The notes below the pieces were generated by a model, which did not search any database, was not told the origin of the DNA, and saw only the letters and a program-made list of their open reading frames with translations. A program made the position numbers and the translations under genes. From assembly GCA_010093815.1 (NCBI GenBank), contig ML996581.1: a stretch of DNA of 64,000 nt; one strand, given 5' to 3'. Source of the stretch: Pseudovirgaria hyperparasitica (Eukaryota). Shown one piece after another: positions 54,637-64,000 of the stretch (position 1 is the first letter of the stretch; each line of letters starts with the position of its first letter).

Positions 54637-55920
54637 ATGTCTACCGGTACCTCGCAGCCTCCTCTCAAGTTCACCGGCCATAAGTCCCTTGTCCAACGGC
54701 TTGTCCTTTCAACACTCACTGGGCGTCCTATACGCGTTTCGAACATTCGATCTTCGTCACACACCTCTCCCGGTCTCGCATATCACGAAACCAATTTTAT
54801 ACGTCTACTTGATTCTGTAACCAATGGCTCGGTAATAGATTTCTCATATACTGGCTCCACAATAGTCTACCGTCCGGGCTTGATTACTGGCAGCGCGAAG
54901 GGTTACGGCGCAAGTGGAGAGGGCGTCATTCGCCATGAGATCGAGAAAGATTGTGTAAGGGGTATCAGCTATTTCCTTGTGCCCCTTTGTATGCTTGCGC
55001 CATTTGCAAAGGCACCCGTCAATGTGCTGTTCACTGGTTCCGGTGTGATCACTAGTTCGACAGAGGCTGGAGATATCAGTGTCGATACTGTGCGGACAGC
55101 AATATTACCGTTATACGCACACTTCGGCATACAAAACAAAATCGAGCTCAGAATACTGAAGAGGTCGTGTGCTGGTCCGGGCGGAAAGGGAGGTGGTGGT
55201 GAGGTTCAGCTAGTGTTCGGTCACCAAGTCCGATTACCCAAAACGATACATATCCTCAACCCTGGCAGAGTGAAAAAGGTTCAGGGCGTGGCATCCGCAG
55301 TCGGTGTACATCGTTCCAACAACGAACGAATGATCCGAGCTGTACGCGAAGTACTCAATGGCTCTCGAAGTTCTGGCGATAGTGATGCAGATGATGAGGA
55401 TGACGAGTCTAGGGGACCAATGGTGCCCGACACTTATATATACTCTGACGTGTCTCCGGCACCGACAGTCACAAATGGCGACAAATCGAATCCGAATTCT
55501 GGAAGAAAACTCGGAAAGGGGTTTGGGATCTCACTGGTTGCAGAGACCAACAATGGCACATTATATTCAGCAGACATGGCATCGCCGCCCGGTGGAGAGG
55601 TGCCGGCGGAAGAGATTGGGAAGAGATGTGCCTTACAGCTACTGGAGTCGATAGCGCAAGGCGGATGTATATCCAACATTGGAGCACCGACCGCACTTAC
55701 CTTGATGGCAATGGGATCGGAAGATGTGGGAAGGTTGGAGTTGGGGCGGGATGTATTTGCGTCGGAACCAATATTGAGTTTGGCACGAGATCTACGGACG
55801 TTTGGCGCGAGTCAATGGGCAGCAAGAGATAGCAATGCGACTGAAGAGCATAGACAGGGCAACATCGTAGTCAGTGTGATTGGCAGAGGCATAGGCAATG
55901 TCGGCAGGAAGATAGCTTAA
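54637..55920 (+). CDS. RCL1: RNA 3'-terminal phosphate cyclase-like protein Rcl1 (18S rRNA processing)
   Basis: RLVLSTLTGRPIRVSNIRS...PGL...FIRLLDSVTNGS, RGISYFL.P...LAPF, P.GKGGGGEV, GFGISLVAET, MAMGSEDVGRL, G.GIGNVGRKIA. Confidence 0.95.
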   Translation: MSTGTSQPPLKFTGHKSLVQRLVLSTLTGRPIRVSNIRSSSHTSPGLAYHETNFIRLLDSVTNGSVIDFSYTGSTIVYRPGLITGSAKGYGASGEGVIRHEIEKDCVRGISYFLVPLCMLAPFAKAPVNVLFTGSGVITSSTEAGDISVDTVRTAILPLYAHFGIQNKIELRILKRSCAGPGGKGGGGEVQLVFGHQVRLPKTIHILNPGRVKKVQGVASAVGVHRSNNERMIRAVREVLNGSRSSGDSDADDEDDESRGPMVPDTYIYSDVSPAPTVTNGDKSNPNSGRKLGKGFGISLVAETNNGTLYSADMASPPGGEVPAEEIGKRCALQLLESIAQGGCISNIGAPTALTLMAMGSEDVGRLELGRDVFASEPILSLARDLRTFGASQWAARDSNATEEHRQGNIVVSVIGRGIGNVGRKIA

Positions 55921-56306
55921 ACACAGAAATTCAGGGCGCAAGCAAACACAACCACAAACCACAAACCTACTCACCGCTCTCGGGCAAGTTGAGCTCTAGC
56001 GTTCTTTCACGTGCCAAAGAACCCTGAATTGGTGGGAGCTTGGCGCTGCTTAATATTGGCTGTCAACTAACTTTAAGTCACTTCCGGGTACCCTATGCAT
56101 TTGTGCAAGCGACATCGCGGGAGTACACTACTACCACAGTCCACTATATTCAAATTGCGCGTGTTCCACCTCGGTGTGGTGTCATCTACAACTATGGTCA
56201 AGCTCCTTTATTCGTGCTCATCCCACACTTCTTGAAAAGCGACGCCCAGTCTTCAGCATCGCCAACCATTGCAACTTTTGCATGAGCTGCATAAGACCTC
56301 GCAAGC

Positions 56307-57911
56307 ATGCCCGCTATCGACAGCAGTACGTACCGAGCATCTCAGGGTCTCTACCAAAAACACGAGCATATCAGCTAACAGTTTCCGTAGAGAAGGCCGC
56401 ACACGAATGTGTATCTGATGAAGCCCTCTCGCACCTTAGAACCTACAAATATTCGAGCGTGGACAAGTCGTACATCTCCAGATACATTCTTAAACATTAC
56501 GTATGATTGGACGTCCAAGAACGGAAGTAATTGCTTTGACACGGTCCTGTAGTGGAATGCCGCTGTGGAATTTCTGCCACTATGGCTTGCACCGAATATG
56601 GTGACGCTTCTCGGCTTCTTTTTCATACTGGGAAACGTTGTCTTGTTAAGCATTTTCATGCCTGATCTAGTAGGACCGGTACGAGGAATTACAAGACATG
56701 TTCAAGGTATCTTGAGGCTGACTATTAGGGTAGGCTCCTAGCTGGCTCTACTTCAGCTTCGCAATCGGACTATGGATGTCAGTTTGACGCGGTCACGTCA
56801 TGGCTATATATTGACATCACCCTCAGGTACTCGACAATGGACAACATTGACGGTAAGCAAGCCCGACGAACCGGTACTTCAAGTGGTCTGGGAGAACTTT
56901 TCGAGTGAGTGTCATGGGCACAAGGTAGCAACGCGGCGGCAACTGATCCCGAACAGCCACGGCATCGATTCTCTCAATTGCACACTAGCTAGCCTGCTAG
57001 AAACTGGAGCCATGGGATTTGGACCATCGTATACGGGCGCTTTCACTGCACTCGTGCCATGCCTACCAATGTACTTCTCGACATGGGAAACCTACCATAC
57101 GCACACGTTGTATTTGGGTTATTTCAATGGACCAACAGAAGGACTCATCATCGCGACGTCTATCATGCTTCTCTCGGGTGTTTACGGGCCCCAAATCTGG
57201 TCAACCCCGGTTGCATCACACATTCCCGCCGCATCTGCGTACATCGGAGATGAAATTGGCGTACGAGACTTCTGGGTGCCGCTTTTGCTTGGTAGTTTTT
57301 TCGTCGCACATCTCCCTGAGTGTGTGACAAACGTTATACGTGCACGTCGCGAAAAAGGCCTGCCCATTGCACCGGTATTTCTCGAGTGGATACCGATGGT
57401 CATATTCTGTGTTGCAACCATAGCGTGGCTCGGTTCACCTTACTCCATCCTTCTCAGCTCCAACCATCTCGTCCTTTACTGCCTGACGATGTCTTTGGTG
57501 TTTGGTCGTCTGACCACCAAGATAATCCTTGCGCATCTTACCCGACAGCCATTTCCATACTGGACGGTTATGCTATGGCCCCTGATAGGAGGGGCAGTTC
57601 TTGCAAACTTGCCGATTTTGGCACCCCTGGTCGGAATGGAGTCTAAACCTTTGGGAGCGACCGTCGAGATCGGGTACCTCTGGGCCTACTTCCTCTTTGC
57701 CAACGTGATCTACTTCAGATGGGCCATACTGGTAATCAACAGTATATGCGACTATCTTGGTATCAACTGCCTCACCATACCAACTCCCAAAAAGCAAAAG
57801 CTTGGCATATTAGACGGTAAAATTGATGACGCAAATGGAACCAAATCAGAAAGTCTTTCTGTTCCCGATCGACCAGGCCTCCGTACAAGAAGTAACTCCA
57901 AGAGAGATTGA
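56307..57911 (+). CDS. Choline/ethanolamine phosphotransferase (CDP-alcohol phosphotransferase, Cpt1/Ept1 family)
   Basis: Multi-exon: [79 protein letters not shown]. Confidence 0.93.
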
Positions 57912-59100
57912 GTTTTCGTAGGTCATATAGCTCTGCTATCAATTTCACCTAAAGTCCCGTTTCTGGATACGATATTATAAGGGACAGGATTCAGGCCTGC
58001 ATAATGGCTCGAATTCAACAAAAGAAGGGGTACTTCTCGCGGCTAAAAACAGAGTCCTGATACACTCCTGACGAAACCTTGCAGCGGGCTTATCGATTTT
58101 ATCGATATATATATGTACCAACGCATCAGCATCGGGGTTTTCTGATTTTATACATACTGGCGCCTTGAGCTTGTGCCCTCGACGATTCAACTCAGACACA
58201 TAGAAAATAAGAAGAAACGCTTTTTGTTCCCAGCTGGAGACCGTTTTGAAACTTGTGTAACATGTCCCTACGCATGGCGTAGTATGAAGCCTTGGATCAT
58301 CGTTGGTGGCCATGTGTTGAAGAACAAATCTTCATAACTCCTCTAAATTATAGACCCCATGAAGTCAAGAGCGCGAGCCATTTGTTGAAATCTTTTAACG
58401 TCCGCGAACTATAGTACTCGTATAGCCTTCATTCGCAGTTTTCAGTTATCAATACCAATCTGTTCGCAAAGACACGTAGCTCGAAAGTTTCTGCTGGAAC
58501 GAGCCGATCAAGTTGTAACAGCTTGGTTCCGTTCACGAGCATGTCCACTATCCCGGCTCTGGCTATCCAGGGAGACTAGGCAAGCCGTTATAGCATCCTC
58601 CTCGGTGTACTTCTCGTCAACACACAGAATTTTAAAATATTGGCCTGTCCTTTCACAGTGCCATTCTCTAACGCACTAGTCCTATCTAGACGATGTCAAA
58701 CGTATCGAATGCAGCTGTTCAAGAATGGGGACAGAATGATCGACATATTTGTTAGACCACTGAACAAACCGAGAAACTGCCCACTTGTGAAGGGCAATGT
58801 CTTGCATGGCTGTTCCCGGCTCAATCTGGTTGCCACTTATGTTTGTTTGTTATGACAGCTCTTCACATCCACGTGGACATTGTTCGGCCACATTACCACT
58901 TGACACAATGAGATGCTGTCTTTCACGCCATGATATTGATTCAATCTTGTTCTCTGTCGGTATGATCTAGTCTGTGCTACAGCTGACACCTTGAAAAGTT
59001 TTCGAGTACTCTGACAATTCTGGGTGCTAAATCACTTCCGGTCCCATCCTTGTCTTTCGCTGAGATTGCGCTACTTTGACGCTCAAGCTGGTATATATTC

Positions 59101-59958
59101 ATGTCATCTCTAATCCAATCTGTCGGCTCAGGCTCAGCCATGCCTATTCCTCCACTCCGAATTACAATCCCCAGCTCACTGAACCCCCAGCCCATAGACT
59201 CAGGTTATGATGAATCGCCATCGGTATCTCCATTAACATGGGCCGAAGTCACCGACGAGGCGGGCCTAGCGAGAGCCATTAAAATATTCGTCACCAATTA
59301 CATCAACAACCGTTCCATGATCGCATTTGCGCGTGAGGCTTGCCCCAACGTCGACGCTGACGACCAAGTCGCCACGTATATCGATAAACTGGTCCGCACT
59401 GCTGTCAAGGACCCTTGCGTACATGTCGTCGAAGCTTACAACTTCAATTGGGTCGCGCTTGGCGAAATCCCCGACTTTGCCAACCTCCGCAACGCAACCT
59501 GGACTAAAGCTTCGGGCTTGACCTCATGGTGGTTACTCCGTGATGACCGTCAACGGGTCAGAAGTCAGTATGCCATCTCTATGATCCATGGGAAGCAGGG
59601 TGCTATCGGCCATGCGAGCAGACACTCGTCAGGTGAGAATCATCTCATGGGGACCCCGCTGAGACCACATTACGTGCTGGGCATGATCGCACAGGATCTG
59701 GGGCAGTATCCTGTCCAGGAAGCATTGGATGAGGTTCTGAGTCCGTTTATCGGGGCGGCCGAGGAACGCAACTTGAAGGTGTGGTACGATACGACGGAAG
59801 ACACGACTGAGCTAGAGAGACGAGGCTTCGAGCTCGTGAGGTCTTTTTCGATCGGAAGAAATGAAGTCAATTGGCAAGGGGAAGTTGACCACAAGGGGTG
59901 TGGATTCAAGGTAGAATGTCTTGTTTGGAAACCAAAGAAGAAGAACTCGAACTCATGA
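59101..59958 (+). CDS. Hypothetical protein, possibly a divergent GNAT fold
   Basis: 285-aa intronless ORF. HYVLGMIA...AAEERNLKVWYDTT...ERRGFELVRSF and G..V.CLVW.P resemble the C-terminal half of fungal GNATs, but there is no clear R/QxxGxG motif. Confidence 0.55.
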   Translation: MSSLIQSVGSGSAMPIPPLRITIPSSLNPQPIDSGYDESPSVSPLTWAEVTDEAGLARAIKIFVTNYINNRSMIAFAREACPNVDADDQVATYIDKLVRTAVKDPCVHVVEAYNFNWVALGEIPDFANLRNATWTKASGLTSWWLLRDDRQRVRSQYAISMIHGKQGAIGHASRHSSGENHLMGTPLRPHYVLGMIAQDLGQYPVQEALDEVLSPFIGAAEERNLKVWYDTTEDTTELERRGFELVRSFSIGRNEVNWQGEVDHKGCGFKVECLVWKPKKKNSNS

Positions 59959-60823
59959 CAGCATCAGGCTGTGTACGGCAGATAGCAGAGAGCGAGGGCT
60001 CATGGAAGATGCCATGATGTGTTTGCTTGAGCATGCCGATATCACGGGGTTCGATGGGAGGCAACCTGGCCGTTTCGTTTGATCTTTGGCAGACGTTGGA
60101 GGGATAGCGAAGGTCAGCCTTTGTGGAATAGATAGGAGTTCGTCGTTTGCCAAATGAGGGCATCATCAACTCTTGATCGGATATATCTCTCGTTCATTTA
60201 CCTTTTTCCAGTATGAGATTACTCCGATAAGCTGACCAAGGCAGTCCTCTGACGTAGTAAGGATGTCATCTAGCACATTCGGTACGTCGAGACAATATGA
60301 AACACACCTTTGGTTTAAGACTACTTCAGGCGTTCACGTTTGTATGTTGTGGGATTACCTGGACTACAAGCATCAGACCTCAGGCATAGTAGGTAGTTCT
60401 GGAGGCGAGTCTAGGCTATATAGGGCTAGCGTAACGGCGCGTCTCCAGCCGAGAACAGAAAGCTGTCCTCTTTCCTAAGCCCAGTTTAGTTCCGTTTCCC
60501 TCGACAGCATATCGATCTGTCGCACATGCTCGCTCCGCCACTACATTTGTTTTCTGCCCAGTAGACAATGAGTCTTCTACTCTCGTTATAGTATTATTCC
60601 TTTGCCCAATTCGAATCGACCTTCAGTTCGCAGATTAGAAACATTGTGATTCAAGCGTCTTTAAGAGACAAAGCCTCATTCATCTGCGCGACTGCATTCC
60701 GAAAGAGAGTTGTGAATTGGCCCGCCGTAGCAACGAGTTACGACTACTGCGCTATATAAATCTTCGACGCACTTACTCCTCCATTCCTCGTCGTTCTGGT
60801 CTTATCCTTTCGCAGCGCACATA

Positions 60824-62299
60824 ATGCCCGTCAAGAACCGCTTCACGCGGCTGGACGCCTTTACCAAGACAGTCGAAGACGCACGAGTGCGCACCACATC
60901 CGGAGGGGTTGTAACGATAACGTCACTGCTGGTGATATTCTGGCTAGTATGGGGCGAGTGGGCAGACTATCGGCGGATAACGGTGAAGCCTGAGCTGGTG
61001 GTCGACAAAGGTCGCGGCGAGAAGATGGAGATATTCATGAACATCACATTTCCCAAGATGCCGTGCGAGCTGCTCACGCTGGATGTGATGGACGTGAGTG
61101 GGGAGATTCAGGCAGGTGTCATGCATGGGATCAGTAAGGTCAGACTGAGCGAGGCGAGCCAGGGAAGCCGGGTCATTACATCTACTAGTTTGGATCTGTG
61201 AGTACATGCGTTCAACTGCGAGCTGGTACATTAAGAATCGCAACTGACCGACCTAGACACGCAGACGAAGCAACACATCTTGACCCCTCGTACTGCGGCG
61301 AATGTTACGGGGCCCCACCCCCTGAGAATGCCCGGAAATCCGGGTGCTGCAACACCTGCGAAGAAGTACGCGACGCTTACGCCAGCAACTCGTGGTCCTT
61401 TGGCCGCGGCGAGGGCGTCGAGCAATGCCAGCGCGAGCACTATGCGGAGAAACTGGACGAGCAGCGCCGCGAAGGCTGCCGCATCGAAGGCGGCATCCGC
61501 GTCAACAAAGTCGTGGGCAACTTCCACTTGGCGCCGGGCAAGAGCTTCAGTAACGGCAACATGCATGTCCACGACCTCGACAACTACCTCAAGGACGAGG
61601 CGGACCACAGCTTCACGCACACGGTTCATAGTCTGCGCTTCGGCCCACCGCTGCCAGACGATGCGATTGAGCGCATCAGACACGGACAGACGGGATTGTG
61701 GACCAACCACCACCTGAACCCGCTCGACGGCACGACGCAGAGCACGTCGGATAAGGCGTTCAACTACATGTACTTTGTCAAGGTCGTCAGCACGGCGTAT
61801 CTACCGCTCGGCTGGGAAAAGATAAAGACACCCGAGGGCCTGTCGAACACGGAAGAGACTGGCGGGATCCCCCACGAGATGGTCGCGTTGGGCCGCATGG
61901 GCCACGGATACAAGGGCAGCATCGAGACGCACCAGTACTCGGTGACAAGCCACAAGCGCAACCTGCGAGGCGGCAGCGACGAGTCTGAGGGGCACAAGGA
62001 GCGCATCCACGCCCGCGGCGGCATCCCAGGCGTCTTCTTCTCCTACGTATGACCTACCCTCCCCCCCCCCCCCCCCCTTGATTATTTCCATCCAAAGAGA
62101 GCCCCCCCAAGACACTAACAAGAACACACAGGACATCTCCCCAATGAAAGTCATCAACCGCGAAGTGCGATCTCGCTCGTTCTCGGGCTTCCTGGTCGGC
62201 ATGTGTGCAGTCGTCGGTGGGACGCTCACCGTCGCGGCGGCCGTCGACCGCGCGCTGTACGAGGGCGTGAACAAGGTCAAGAAGTTCCACACGGGTTAG
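60824..62299 (+). CDS. ERV46: ER-Golgi vesicle protein Erv46/ERGIC3
   Basis: RLDAFTKTVEDARVRTTSGG, NITFPKMPCELLTLDVMDVSGE, YCGECYGA, CCNTCEEVRDAY, EGCRIEG.IRVNKVVGNFHLAPG, GIPGVFFSY/DISPMKV; introns near 61198-61256 and 62047-62131. Confidence 0.96.
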
Positions 62300-62680
62300 G
62301 GCCCCGGATTGTCGGGTTTCTTGTCTTTTCTTGCTTTTGTGTGGGTCGTCGTGTATGGTGTTTTTGAGTGCGTTGCCTGGCATTGTTAGCTTGGACGCGG
62401 AGGCTGGGGTGGAGGTGTGCGGGTGTGCGGGTGTAGAGTAGTAGTAGTAGTAAAAGTCTCAGGGGAGGAGCAGCAGCAGCAGGAGGAGGAGGTGAAGGCT
62501 AAGTAACTAGCCATGCCATGCCATGCATGTCATACTCACACTACCAACACCCAACACTCAATACCGTTCGACTGGAAGGGAAAGCGAAATCCTTTTTTCT
62601 TATATGACGCAGTGGCATGCACATTTTACAGAGCGCGGTGGGGCGGTGGGCATGGGGCGTGGGGCGTGATACAGTGGTCC

Positions 62681-62777
62681 TGTATGTATGTATGTATGTA
62701 TGTATGTATGTATGTATGTATGTAGGCGCCGCAAAAGAAGAAGAAAAATATCTTTGTCTCTCGAGGTGTATATGGTG

Positions 62778-62809
<32 letters not shown>

Positions 62810-63230
62810 TGTATGTATGTATGTGTGTGTGTGGACGGCGTTGATTGGGCGCTCTTTGGTTTGGTTTGGTTTGGTTTGGTTTGGTTTGGTTTGGTTTGGT
62901 TTGGTTTGGTTTGGTTTGGTTTGGTTTGGTTTGCTTTGCTTTGCTTGGTAAGGATGCCTGGGAGGTCTAGGGGTGTCATTGTTGAATATATGTATAAGGG
63001 GTCATGGCGTGTTGGAAGGGGTATATATATTTATGTATATATATTGTGGTATCTGAATCCCTCGATGACTCGATGACTCGATGACTCGTTGACGAGTGTG
63101 TGTATTCTATATTTGTATGTATATATACGTATGTATGTATGTGCGTTGTGTTGTGTGTGCCAGGTTGTGTTGTGTGTTGTGTTGTGTGTGCCAGGTTGTG
63201 TGTGCCAGGTTGTGTTGTGTTGTGTTGTAT
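62681..63230. repeat. Microsatellite cluster (TGTA)n, (TTTGG)n, (TGTGT)n
   Basis: (TGTA)n at about 62681-62724 and 62782-62823; (TTTGG)n at about 62855-62932; TG-rich repeats at 63140-63230. Confidence 0.95.
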
Positions 63231-63668
63231 GTGTATCCATGACTACCCTCGCATCGCTTCGTCCTGCTTTCTCCCACCGTCACCGACCACCGACCAACTA
63301 CCACCGCCACCGACGGAAAGTATACACTGGCTAATCTGATGCCTTGCCTCGCCTCGCCTCGTCTGTCGATTTATAGACATGTCCATATATGCGTCCATAC
63401 ACGTGTCCATACATGCGTCCGTCCGTCCGTCCGTCCGTCCATACATGCGTACATGTACAAATCCCAGCCCGCACAACAAATACAAAGACCCGAAACCCCA
63501 AACCCCAAATCCCAAAACCCCCACCCCCGCCCTCTCCCGGAAAGGATAAACAAACACAGTCTATTCGTCGTCGTGGTCGTAACGTCGTGTCCGTCATCAT
63601 CGTGCACTTCCTCGTCCTACCTCCTCGTCCTAGTCCTACCTCCTCGTCCTACCTCCAGCCCCTACCCC

Positions 63669-64000
63669 CTACTCTTCACCCTCACCCTCACCCTCACCCT
63701 CATCCTCATCATCATCCTCCTCCTCCCCCCCCTCATCGCCCTCCTCACCCCCATGCCCCAACATACCCCGCATAGTCCCACCCGGCCCACCACGCCGCGC
63801 CGGCACAGCATACAAGTCCTCATTCGAAAAGCCCGCGAAACTAACACTCGGGCCCGCCCTCGAAACAGCAGCTGAAGACGCTGAAGAAGAAGAAGAAGCA
63901 TCAAGCCGCCGCAGCGCACCATCGACATCACGCATTTCGACATCGCGGTCACGGTCGTGGGAAGACTTCCCGTCGGCGTCGTCCACACCAGCACCACCAC
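63669..64000 (-). CDS. Probable acidic low-complexity 3' end of a gene that starts beyond the window
   Basis: Open frame ...DDADGKSSHDRDRDVEMRDVD...GEEEDDDEDEGEGEGEGEE*, G-rich like other gene ends here; no recognisable domain. Confidence 0.4.
   Translation of the reverse strand, partial: GGAGVDDADGKSSHDRDRDVEMRDVDGALRRLDASSSSSASSAAVSRAGPSVSFAGFSNEDLYAVPARRGGPGGTMRGMLGHGGEEGDEGGEEEDDDEDEGEGEGEGEE

Noticed and set aside
57975..58313. 112-aa minus-strand ORF downstream of the phosphotransferase gene
   Set aside because: No recognisable motif or splice support; could be spurious or a decayed remnant.
62513..63607. Many short ORFs with YVCM/VWFGL repeats
   Set aside because: Translations of microsatellites.

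Overview
Eukaryotic DNA from a filamentous ascomycete (Pezizomycotina): short GT-AG introns, fungal housekeeping genes and a strong RIP signature. About 18 protein-coding genes: CFT1, an LMBR1-like membrane protein, VTA1, CKS1, FAN1, DUS2, ALA1, an RCR-like protein, a multi-TM plus DUF3431-like protein, an NmrA-like protein, KRE33/NAT10, ABP1, RCL1, CPT1/EPT1, ERV46 and several hypotheticals. The main non-genic feature is a 15.5-kb AT-rich, RIP-mutated block (18085-33567) that resolves into nested transposons. The outer element is a Fot1/pogo-like DNA transposon with 56-bp TIRs (55/56 identical, almost un-RIPed) and a TA target duplication, inserted 50 bp upstream of the DUS2 start codon. Inside it are a full-length chromoviral Ty3/Gypsy element (228-bp LTRs) that splits the transposase at its NMDE motif, a full-length Tad1-like LINE with a 15-bp TSD, and a probable piece of captured non-transposase DNA. 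The LINE carries the same 31-bp palindrome at both ends of its coding region. Other observations: a C-rich-to-G-rich strand switch in genes next to microsatellite-dense spacers, dual-start/uORF architecture in DUS2 and ALA1, and several unusual repeats. All calls were read by eye. No database search was run, and de-RIPed translations are inferences.
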